64,000 nucleotides of DNA from Acidimicrobiia bacterium (GTDB lineage Bacteria > Acidobacteriota > Vicinamibacteria > Vicinamibacterales > UBA2999): the NCBI GenBank assembly GCA_016871375.1, contig VFYY01000001.1, positions 6,616-70,615 of the forward strand, in the 5' to 3' direction. Both the position numbers and the translations under genes were made by a program. Position 1 is the first letter of the stretch. Each line of letters begins with the position of its first letter. The notes below the pieces were generated by a model, which did no database searches, was not told the origin of the DNA, and was given only the letters and a program-made list of their open reading frames with translations. Shown piece by piece: positions 38,642-46,345 of this stretch.

Positions 38642-39454
38642 CTAGAAGGCGAACCCGAGACCGATCGACACGATCCCGGCGGTGTCCTGGCCGTTGTACT
38701 CGCTCACGGTGTCGCCGAAGGCCTGGAACTCCACGCCGCCGTGGATATTGGCGTGCGAGCCCATGGGCACGGTGACGAGACCCCCGACGCTGAAGTAGCC
38801 GAACGTGGAGTCGCTGCCCGTGGCGAACTCGTAGTAGTCGCTGCCGCTGAGGCCGACTTTCACGGGAATCGCGAGCGACGCCCTCGATCCGCTGATGCCG
38901 GGCGCGATCCCGAGCTCGATGTAGGTGCCCGTCGAGTCGCCGGCGTCCGCCTGGTTGTCCATCTCGAAGGCGACGAGCGCGTAGGGCTTGAGCGCGCCGC
39001 GGCCGAGCGCCGCGCTGTCGTCGAACGACGCCTTCACCGAGAGCTCCTTCACGTGCGCGAACAGATCCGCCGGGCTCGTATAGGACGTGTAGGTGAACGC
39101 CAGCGCGCCCCTGCTGAAACCGAAGCCGAGCGTCCCGTAGAAGTCGGTCTCATACAGCTTGTTGCCGTCGTTGATCTGCGAATGGATCGCGTTCCAGGTC
39201 CCGATGTTGACGTTGACCGTCTTCAGCGAGCCGTCGCCCCTGAACGGCGTGAAGCCGAAGTCCACGAACGGCCACACGGAGACACCCTCGGTGTTCTGCC
39301 GGATGCCGCGGAAGTTGTACTGGTTGACGAAGTCGATGCCGCCCGTCACCACCACGACCGGAGCGGCGTCCTGGGCCGCGGCCGGCGAGGCCATGAGCGC
39401 CACGGCAAGCGCCGCCAGTGCGGAGAGTCCAAAACGTCGTGCGCGATTCAACAT
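38642..39454 (-). CDS. TorF/Gcw_chp-family putative outer-membrane porin
   Basis: Start set at ATG 39454. Signal peptide MLNRARRFGLSALAALAVALMASPAAA-QD, the FVNQYNFRGIRQN motif typical of this family, C-terminal ...GLGFAF. The family is frequently adjacent to amtB/glnK. Confidence 0.75.
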   Translation of the reverse strand: MLNRARRFGLSALAALAVALMASPAAAQDAAPVVVVTGGIDFVNQYNFRGIRQNTEGVSVWPFVDFGFTPFRGDGSLKTVNVNIGTWNAIHSQINDGNKLYETDFYGTLGFGFSRGALAFTYTSYTSPADLFAHVKELSVKASFDDSAALGRGALKPYALVAFEMDNQADAGDSTGTYIELGIAPGISGSRASLAIPVKVGLSGSDYYEFATGSDSTFGYFSVGGLVTVPMGSHANIHGGVEFQAFGDTVSEYNGQDTAGIVSIGLGFAF

Positions 39455-39485
39455 TACAGCTGCCTCCCTTGGATGGTGGTGAGCG

Positions 39486-40790
39486 TTACCCGTTGGACTT
39501 GAGCGGCTGCAGCAGCGGCTCCGGCTCGGCCGCGATCTCCCGCCTGTGTACCGCCGGCGAGGCGCCGCCGACGTGCAGGTACGCCTCTTCACCGTGCTGC
39601 GTGATGTCGAGACCCGTGCCCTCGTCGGTCGCATCGGCGCGGAGCGGAATCACCATGCCGATCAGCTTGAGCAGGATGAAGCTGACCAGACCGCTGTAGA
39701 CGATCGCGGTCAGCACGGCCGCGCCCTGGATCCCGACCTGACCCGGGTTGCCCGCGATCAGGCCGTCGAACAGGCCGTTCAGGCTCTTCTCGGCGAAGAC
39801 ACCGGTCAGGAGCGCGCCCACCGTGCCGCCGACGCCGTGTGCGGCGACGACGTCGAGCGAGTCGTCGAGATTCGTCTTGGCGCGGATGATCAACGCGAAG
39901 TAGCTCGGCACCGCCGCGATGGCGCCGAGGAAGATGGCGTTCGTCGGGCTGATGAAGCCCGCCGCCGGCGTGATGGCGACGAGGCCGACGACAATCGCGG
40001 TGGCGCAGCCGACGGCCGTCGGCTTGCCCGAGCGCATCATGTCGAGGAAGGTCCAGACGACCAGCGTGGCCGCGGGCGCCAGCATCGTCGTCACGAACGC
40101 CAGGCCCGCGATCGGGCTGGCCGCGAGCGCGCTGCCGGCGTTGAAGCCGAACCACCCGAACCAGAGCAGCCCGGCGCCCAGCAGCACGAACGGCACGTTG
40201 TGCGGCAGGATCGGCGCATTCTTGTAGTCGGACCGCTTGCCGACCACGAGCGCGGCCACCAGCGCCGCCGCGCCCGCGTTGACGTGCACGACGGTGCCGC
40301 CGGCGAAGTCCCACGCCCCCATGTCCGCCAGCCAGCCGCCGCCCCACACCCAGTGCGCCAGCGGCGCGTAGACGACCACCGACCAGAGCGAGATGAACAG
40401 CAGGTAGGCCGAGAACCGCATCCGCTCGACGATGGCGCCCGAGATCAGCGCCGCCGTGATGATGCAGAAGGTGGCCTGGAAGGCCATGTAGAGCACGTGC
40501 GGAATGGTCAACACGTCGCCGAGGATGCTGCCGGTGTTGGCGAGGCCCACACCGGTCAGGAACGACGCCGACATGTCGCCGAGCCAGTTATTGCCCGCGG
40601 TCAGGGCGAGCGAGTACCCCACCACGGCCCAGAGCACGCCCACGAACCCCAGAGAGATGAAACTCATCATCATGGTGTTGAGGGCGTTCTTGGAGCGGAC
40701 GAGGCCGCCGTAGAAGAAAGCCAGCGCGGGCGTCATGAGCAGCACCAGCGCCGTTGAAATCAACATCCATGCGGTGTCAGCTTGATTCAT
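39486..40790 (-). CDS. amtB: Ammonium transporter AmtB
   Basis: MNQADTAWMLISTALVLLMTPALAFFYGGLVRSKN..., DFAGGTVVHVNAGAAALV, and about 11 TM segments. Canonical Amt family signatures. Confidence 0.95.
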   Translation of the reverse strand: MNQADTAWMLISTALVLLMTPALAFFYGGLVRSKNALNTMMMSFISLGFVGVLWAVVGYSLALTAGNNWLGDMSASFLTGVGLANTGSILGDVLTIPHVLYMAFQATFCIITAALISGAIVERMRFSAYLLFISLWSVVVYAPLAHWVWGGGWLADMGAWDFAGGTVVHVNAGAAALVAALVVGKRSDYKNAPILPHNVPFVLLGAGLLWFGWFGFNAGSALAASPIAGLAFVTTMLAPAATLVVWTFLDMMRSGKPTAVGCATAIVVGLVAITPAAGFISPTNAIFLGAIAAVPSYFALIIRAKTNLDDSLDVVAAHGVGGTVGALLTGVFAEKSLNGLFDGLIAGNPGQVGIQGAAVLTAIVYSGLVSFILLKLIGMVIPLRADATDEGTGLDITQHGEEAYLHVGGASPAVHRREIAAEPEPLLQPLKSNG

Positions 40791-40979
40791 TCCTCACCTC
40801 AGCGACAGTGACCAGGGTCCGGGTTGACCGTGGGGGAACACGCCCCGCTTCATGCGGGCGTTGCCCGGCCGCTGAGCAAGATGGGATCCAGCCGGCAGGG
40901 CCACGCGGAAACCGGCGATCGGCGTGAATTTGTTCCGAAAACACGCTGTTCCGGAAGGTCCGGCCCGCAGCGATGATGG

Positions 40980-41139
40980 TGACAATTTTGTCAGAACGGC
41001 CACTGACGTCGACATTCGTGTCTGAATCAGTCCGATGCCCCGGGCGCGGGCGGTCCGCCGCGGGTCCCCGGTCCTGTACGAGACGCCTTACGACAGACAA
41101 AATCGTCGATCTAAAGTGTCAAACAGACATTCTTGTCTG
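40980..41139. promoter_or_regulatory. Cluster of GACA-N4-TGTC palindromes in the amtB / EF-G-paralogue divergent intergenic region
   Basis: TGACA-attt-TGTCA (40980-40993). GACATTCgTGTCTGA (41011-41025) and aGACATTCtTGTCTGA (41125-41140) are near-identical 15-mers 115 bp apart. A degenerate GACAaaatCGTC lies at 41096-41107. The region is locally AT-richer than its surroundings. Confidence 0.45.
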
Positions 41140-41215
41140 ATGTGCCGTTCTGTGACCTCCCCGACTATGATCCACGCCTGCGTGGGTCGACCCACAGGTC
41201 AGGAGGACTACCCCT

Positions 41216-43312
41216 ATGAAGGTCTATGATGCCGCCGCCATCCGCAACGTGGCCGTCGTCGGTCATGGCGGGTGCGGCAAGACGCAGCTGGTGGCCGCCC
41301 TGCTCTTCGCCTCGGGCGCCGTCAACCGGCTGGGCAGGGTCGATGACGGGTCCACCGTCACCGACTTCGACGAAGAAGAGATTGCCCGCAAGCACACCCT
41401 CTCCTCCAGCCTGGCCCACACCGAGTGGCAGAAATCCAAGATCAACCTCATCGACACCCCCGGCTTCGCGAACTTCCTGACCGACGCCCGCTCCGCGCTG
41501 CGCGTCGTGGAAGCCGCCGTGGTGGTCGTCGACGCCGTCGCCGGCGTCGAGGTGCAGACTGAAAAGCTTTGGAGCGAGGCCGCCGGCCTCGGTCTCCCCC
41601 GCGTCGTCGCCGTCAACCGCCTGGAGCGCGACCGCGCGAGCCTCGAGCGCACGCTTGCGTCGCTGCACCGCGACTGCGCCCGCGAGATCGTGCCCATTCA
41701 GCTGCCGCTCGGCGAGGAGCGCGGCTTCACGGGCGTGGTGGACCTGGTGCGCATGAAGGCGCTGACGTTTGCCGCCGATGGCAGCGGCAAGGTGACCGAA
41801 GGCGACGTGCCGGCGGCGCTGGCGGACAGCGCCGGCAAGGCACGCGAGCAGCTCATCGAGATGGTGGCCGAGGCGGACGAGTCCCTGATGGAGACGTTCT
41901 TCGCCGAAGGGACCCTGACGCAGGAGCAGCTCGTGTCGGGTCTTCGCGCGGCGACGGTCGCCGGCAAGCTCTACCCGCTCGTCTGCACGTCGGGGCTGCA
42001 CGTCATCGGCGCGCAGCCGCTGCTGGACGCGATCGCCAGCTACGTGCCGTCGCCCGCCGAGCGCGACTTTCCCGCGCTGGCGCCGGACGGCACCGACACC
42101 ACGGTGAAGGCGAGCGACACGGCGCCGTATTCCGCATTCGTCTGGAAGACGATTGCGGATCCGTTCGCCGGCCGCATCACCATGCTGCGCGTGGTGTCGG
42201 GGACGCTGAAGTCGGACACGACGGTCCACAACGCCACGCACGATTCGCCGGAGCGCCTGGGCCACCTGCTGGCGCTGCAGGGCAAGACGCAGACACACGT
42301 GGCGGAGCTCAAGGCGGGCGACCTCGGCGCCGTCGCGAAGCTGAAGGACACGAAGACCAACGACGCCCTCGCCGAAAAGACGACCAAGGTGAAGTTCGCC
42401 GAGATCACGTTCCCGGAGCCCGTGCTCTCGTACGCGATCGAGCCGAAGTCGCGCGGGGACGAGGACAAGATCAACCAGTCGATGCAGCGACTCCGCGAGG
42501 AGGACCCGACCATCGGCTACACCCGCGACCCGCAGACGCACGAGCTGCTGCTGGCCGGCCAGGGCCAGCTTCACATCGAGGTCACGGTGGCGAAGCTGAA
42601 GCGCCGGTTCGGCGTCGAGGTGAACCTGAAGCCGCCGCGGATCCCGTACCGGGAGACGATTACCGCCTCCACGGAAGCGCACGGCCGGCACAAGAAGCAG
42701 ACCGGCGGCCACGGGCAGTTCGGCGACTGCAAGATCAGGGTCGAGCCGCTGCCGCGCGGGAGCGACTTCCAGTTCGAGGACGACATCTTCGGCGGCGCGA
42801 TCCCGCGCCAGTTCGTCCCGGCCGTCGAGAAGGGCATCCAGGACGCGCGGATGCGCGGCTTCCTGGCCGGCTACCCGATGGTGGACTTCAAGGCGACCGT
42901 GTTCGACGGGTCGTACCATCAGGTGGACTCGAACGAGCTCTCGTTCAAGATGGCGGGCTCGCTGGCGTTCAAGGACGCGATGACGCGGGCGCGCCCCACG
43001 ATCCTCGAGCCGGTGATGAAGGTCGAGGTCTACTCGCCCAGCGACTTCGCCGGCGACCTGATGGGCGATCTGAACGGCCGGCGCGGCCGCATTGCGGGCA
43101 TGGACACGCGCGGGGCGATGACCGTGATCCGCGCGCAGGTGCCGATGGCGGAGATGCTGACCTACGAGCAGCACCTCACGTCGGCGACCGGCGGCCGCGG
43201 GTCGTACCACATGGAGTACTCGCACTACGAAGAAGTGCCGCAGCACCTGCAGGGCAAGATCATCGCCGCCGCACGGGCGGAGCGGGGGCAGGAAGCGGTC
43301 GAAGAAGTCTGA
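41216..43312 (+). CDS. Elongation factor G paralogue (EF-G2-like translational GTPase)
   Basis: Five-domain EF-G architecture, 698 aa, AGGAGG RBS 8 nt upstream. The G motifs are deviant: G1 is GHGGCGKT (canonical AHIDAGKT) and G3 is DTPGFANF (canonical DTPGHVDF). It is not in a str operon context. Confidence 0.88.
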   Translation: MKVYDAAAIRNVAVVGHGGCGKTQLVAALLFASGAVNRLGRVDDGSTVTDFDEEEIARKHTLSSSLAHTEWQKSKINLIDTPGFANFLTDARSALRVVEAAVVVVDAVAGVEVQTEKLWSEAAGLGLPRVVAVNRLERDRASLERTLASLHRDCAREIVPIQLPLGEERGFTGVVDLVRMKALTFAADGSGKVTEGDVPAALADSAGKAREQLIEMVAEADESLMETFFAEGTLTQEQLVSGLRAATVAGKLYPLVCTSGLHVIGAQPLLDAIASYVPSPAERDFPALAPDGTDTTVKASDTAPYSAFVWKTIADPFAGRITMLRVVSGTLKSDTTVHNATHDSPERLGHLLALQGKTQTHVAELKAGDLGAVAKLKDTKTNDALAEKTTKVKFAEITFPEPVLSYAIEPKSRGDEDKINQSMQRLREEDPTIGYTRDPQTHELLLAGQGQLHIEVTVAKLKRRFGVEVNLKPPRIPYRETITASTEAHGRHKKQTGGHGQFGDCKIRVEPLPRGSDFQFEDDIFGGAIPRQFVPAVEKGIQDARMRGFLAGYPMVDFKATVFDGSYHQVDSNELSFKMAGSLAFKDAMTRARPTILEPVMKVEVYSPSDFAGDLMGDLNGRRGRIAGMDTRGAMTVIRAQVPMAEMLTYEQHLTSATGGRGSYHMEYSHYEEVPQHLQGKIIAAARAERGQEAVEEV

Positions 43313-43347
43313 GGTTCCGGGTTCCGGGTTCCGGGTTCGACGTTCGG
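43313..43347. repeat. Heptanucleotide tandem repeat (GGTTCCG)3 + two degenerate units
   Basis: GGTTCCG GGTTCCG GGTTCCG GGTTCGA CGTTCGG, immediately after the EF-G paralogue stop codon. Confidence 0.9.
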
Positions 43348-43377
43348 CCCTGGCGGCTCCCGCCGCCAGGGCCTTTT
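43346..43377 (+). terminator. Intrinsic terminator of the EF-G paralogue
   Basis: GGCCCTGGCGG-ctcccg-CCGCCAGGGCC followed by TTTT: an 11-bp perfect GC-rich stem. Confidence 0.85.
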
Positions 43378-43413
43378 CGTGTGCGCGACTACTGCCGTGT
43401 GCGCGACTACTGC
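43378..43413. repeat. Perfect 18-bp tandem duplication
   Basis: CGTGTGCGCGACTACTGC occurs twice back-to-back (43378-43395, 43396-43413). It lies between the terminator and the stop of the convergent gene, overlapping the latter by 7 nt. Confidence 0.9.
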
Positions 43414-45788
43414 GCCTGGCGCACTCGGAGCGTGATCGAGTACGGCTCCGGCCCCTCGGCGTCGACGAACGTCTTCCATCCCAGGAGAGCACCCCCAGAC
43501 AGAGGCCGTGGATTCACGGACGCGCTGAAATCGAGGTCGGGCGCCTCTGGAAACGGAGCCGTCAGCACGATCGGCGCCAGCACCGCCTGCGCCTGGAGGA
43601 TCGTTCCCGTCAGCTCCTGGAGGAAGGTGTTGCGGCCGTGCGTCGCCGTGCCGCCCTGGGTGCCGCTGACCGTCACCCCTCCGCTGCGGATGGCAAACCC
43701 TGGCGGGAGAAAGTCGCCTTGAATGGACGTCGGCAACGGATACCCGCCGATCGCGGCGGTGGCCAATCGCCCGGCATCAATGTTCATGACCACGGACGTG
43801 TTGCGGAGCGTGTAGAGAAAGTAGCCCCCTGTCGCAAACAGGCGCGCCTGCTTCTCGGCTGAGGTCCTCAGGCTGCGGAACGTCGCCAGCTGCGTGGTGA
43901 CGACGGTCCCGCCCCGAATGGTCACCCTGAGCATGAGCCTGCTGGTGCCGGGACGCGCAGCGGGGTCCACGATGGTGAACGCCTCGGGGTTCGGCTCGGC
44001 GCCCGCGCGCTGCCACACGCCGGCGGCAGAATCGATGTCGTTGATGCGCAGTGGCGCCGGGACGACCGGTCCGGTCCCTTCCCACGTCGCCTGGATGCGC
44101 TCGATGATGGGGTCGGATGGATTCCCGCTATCGCTCTCACGGAAATTGCTCGCGATGCGGCCCTCGACGCGGTGGTTGACCGGCTGCCAGGTGCATTCGA
44201 GCAGCTCTCGGAACGGCAAGTTGAACGTCGGCGCCGGCCGCGTCACCGCGCAGGTGCTTGCGGCGTCCGCGTCGTAGGAGGCCTGAATCACGTCCACCTG
44301 CGGCGCAGCGAATACCTGCCCCGCGACCGCGTTCTCCTCCAGCCCCAGGCGCCCGCGGAAGACGAGCACGAAGAAGCCGGTGGGGTCATCGGGCGGTACG
44401 TCGAGCGGATATCGATTCCACGCGCCCGGCGCGAGCGAGATTGGGTTACCGCCATTGAGGACGGACCACCGGACTCGTTCCTCGGAAGCGCTCCCCTTCT
44501 GATAGCGGCCGTAGACCTCGAACACGCCCTCGAGCGGTTCGGCCGACTGGTTCTCCACGTCGATGAAGATCAGCGTGCTGCCGATGGGACCAACGCGGCG
44601 GACACCGACCTTGCCGCGGAAGAAGTAGTCGAGCACGCCGCGCGCGTACCCGACGGCGCGCGGCAGCATGTGCGTGGCCGTCTCCTCCCACACGGCCTCG
44701 TCCACGCACGGATACGGCGCCGGCCTGCCGGCGCTCCACCGGCTCAGAACGCTCTCGCTTGCGCACTCGGCCAGGGCGACGCTTGTCGGCAGTCCCTGGC
44801 CTGCAGGCTTGGCGAAATAGCGGCGGACCTGCGGGCTGTGCGGCGCCACGCGCGGGTTTGGCGTCAGCGCATCGCGGCGGGGAAAGGTGAACTGGCCCGT
44901 CAGCGTGTCCTCGCTGAAGAAGTTCGCGCTCGCGAACTCGGCGAGCCCGATGGGACCCGACAGCGTCAGGTTCGGATCCAGCGCCTCCTGCTCGTACCGG
45001 TCAGAGTCGATGAGCCGCGCGACCGGCGCCTTCGCGATCGTCTCTCCAGGCGGCAACACGATGTTGAACACCGAGGTGTCGATCGCGATCGGGCTCGACA
45101 GATACCGCGCGCGGAACGCTGCCTCGGCGGCTTTCTTCTGCGTGTCGTTCGCGCCGTCATGCTGATCCGACACCCAGTATTCGTAGTTTCCCGCCTTCTT
45201 GCGGAACAAGTACTTTCGCGAGATCTCGCCGAACGGATGCGCATCGTCTCGTGTGTGCTCGGGCACGGAGGCATCCACGACGAGGTGCATGACGTGGCCG
45301 AGCGCCCGGAACATGTCCGCAGCGGCCGCTTCTCGTTCTTGCGCGTCTGAGACGGTCAGGGCGCGAAAATAGAGTTCACGCGCGCGTTGCCACGACCAAT
45401 TCCCGCCAGGCGATTGATCGGCACTCTGCATCCAATGAATGGATGAGCGACGCTGGGTCAGGAAGTTCAGACCCGCTTCAGGCCACGCCTTGAGAGGGTT
45501 GTGGAAGTGGTTGAGATACCGACTGTTTATCGGTACGCCATCGTCTTCGTGTTCGCCGCCCTCCTCGATCCATTGCTCAATGGTGAACGCCTGTGCTCCT
45601 CTGCGGAGACGTGTTTCACGCGCGCCGACGAGTCCGAGAGACGAGCGAATGTAGTTGTCGAAGGCCGCGTACTCGAGAGCAGCGGAATTGATCAGACGAT
45701 GCGTCGAGACATTCAGCGCGGTTAGATTCGCTGAGCTATAACCAGCGGCAAGGACTACTAGCAACGTAAGCGCGCCCCTCGGCAACAT
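43407..45788 (-). CDS. Large secreted protein with N-terminal zinc-dependent phospholipase C / P1-nuclease-like motifs
   Basis: Start moved to ATG 45788 (signal-like MLPRGALTLLVVLAAGYSSA). Motifs YLNHFHNP and GHVMHLVVDASVPEHTRDD resemble the His/Asp zinc ligands of the PLC/P1 nuclease fold. The remaining approx. 550 aa have no recognisable motif. Confidence 0.6.
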   Translation of the reverse strand: MLPRGALTLLVVLAAGYSSANLTALNVSTHRLINSAALEYAAFDNYIRSSLGLVGARETRLRRGAQAFTIEQWIEEGGEHEDDGVPINSRYLNHFHNPLKAWPEAGLNFLTQRRSSIHWMQSADQSPGGNWSWQRARELYFRALTVSDAQEREAAAADMFRALGHVMHLVVDASVPEHTRDDAHPFGEISRKYLFRKKAGNYEYWVSDQHDGANDTQKKAAEAAFRARYLSSPIAIDTSVFNIVLPPGETIAKAPVARLIDSDRYEQEALDPNLTLSGPIGLAEFASANFFSEDTLTGQFTFPRRDALTPNPRVAPHSPQVRRYFAKPAGQGLPTSVALAECASESVLSRWSAGRPAPYPCVDEAVWEETATHMLPRAVGYARGVLDYFFRGKVGVRRVGPIGSTLIFIDVENQSAEPLEGVFEVYGRYQKGSASEERVRWSVLNGGNPISLAPGAWNRYPLDVPPDDPTGFFVLVFRGRLGLEENAVAGQVFAAPQVDVIQASYDADAASTCAVTRPAPTFNLPFRELLECTWQPVNHRVEGRIASNFRESDSGNPSDPIIERIQATWEGTGPVVPAPLRINDIDSAAGVWQRAGAEPNPEAFTIVDPAARPGTSRLMLRVTIRGGTVVTTQLATFRSLRTSAEKQARLFATGGYFLYTLRNTSVVMNIDAGRLATAAIGGYPLPTSIQGDFLPPGFAIRSGGVTVSGTQGGTATHGRNTFLQELTGTILQAQAVLAPIVLTAPFPEAPDLDFSASVNPRPLSGGALLGWKTFVDAEGPEPYSITLRVRQAQ

Positions 45789-45798
45789 AACTCTCTCC

Positions 45799-46320
45799 CT
45801 ACAAAGAGCCACACCGTAACGCGTCGCTCTCACCGTGAGTTACCGCCAGATACTTAGGAATCCTCAGAGTGTTCTCGGGTACGGATGGCGACGACAGGTG
45901 ACGCAAGAATTGGCACCGCTCTTCGCGGGACGGTAACCTTCGCATTCGCGTGACGGTCGGGTCGATGTACGCCTTACCGCTCGGAGGTGTCACCAAGACG
46001 TTGTCGTCCGCATAGCCATATCCCGCTCCGAAGGCGTGGAACGTCACCTCTAAGGTGAATATCGAGTTCAAAGGACTCACCGCTGGAATCTCAACCCGCC
46101 CGTCGGGGCCGCTGACAGCCTCGCGGGCCTCGTAGAAGTACCGCCCGCCGTCACCGGTGACGGTCGGGTAGACCTTCTCCCAGACAGCAAGGAAGACGAC
46201 TCCCTGGATAGGCTTGCCCGTGTCCACGTCGATGTACTGATTCCGAAACGGGCCGCGGATTTCAGGGCCGGCACAGGCGGCTGTGAGTACGGCGACGAGA
46301 GCAGCGACGGTGAGTTTCAT
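45799..46320 (-). CDS. Probable lipoprotein, unknown function
   Basis: MKLTVAALVAVLTAAC: signal peptide with a lipobox-like TAAC. 173 aa. Lies in a locally lower-GC stretch. Confidence 0.65.
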   Translation of the reverse strand: MKLTVAALVAVLTAACAGPEIRGPFRNQYIDVDTGKPIQGVVFLAVWEKVYPTVTGDGGRYFYEAREAVSGPDGRVEIPAVSPLNSIFTLEVTFHAFGAGYGYADDNVLVTPPSGKAYIDPTVTRMRRLPSREERCQFLRHLSSPSVPENTLRIPKYLAVTHGESDALRCGSL

Positions 46321-46345
46321 GTGAGCCTCGCTTGCAGGAGCGTGC

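Noticed and set aside
40791-41215. Search for a sigma-54 (TGGCAC-N5-TTGC) promoter or NtrC-type sites upstream of amtB.
   Set aside because: No -24/-12 match with correct spacing was found on either strand. The nearest candidate (TGGCCGTTCTGACAAAATTG) has the wrong spacing, so only the GACA/TGTC palindromes are reported.
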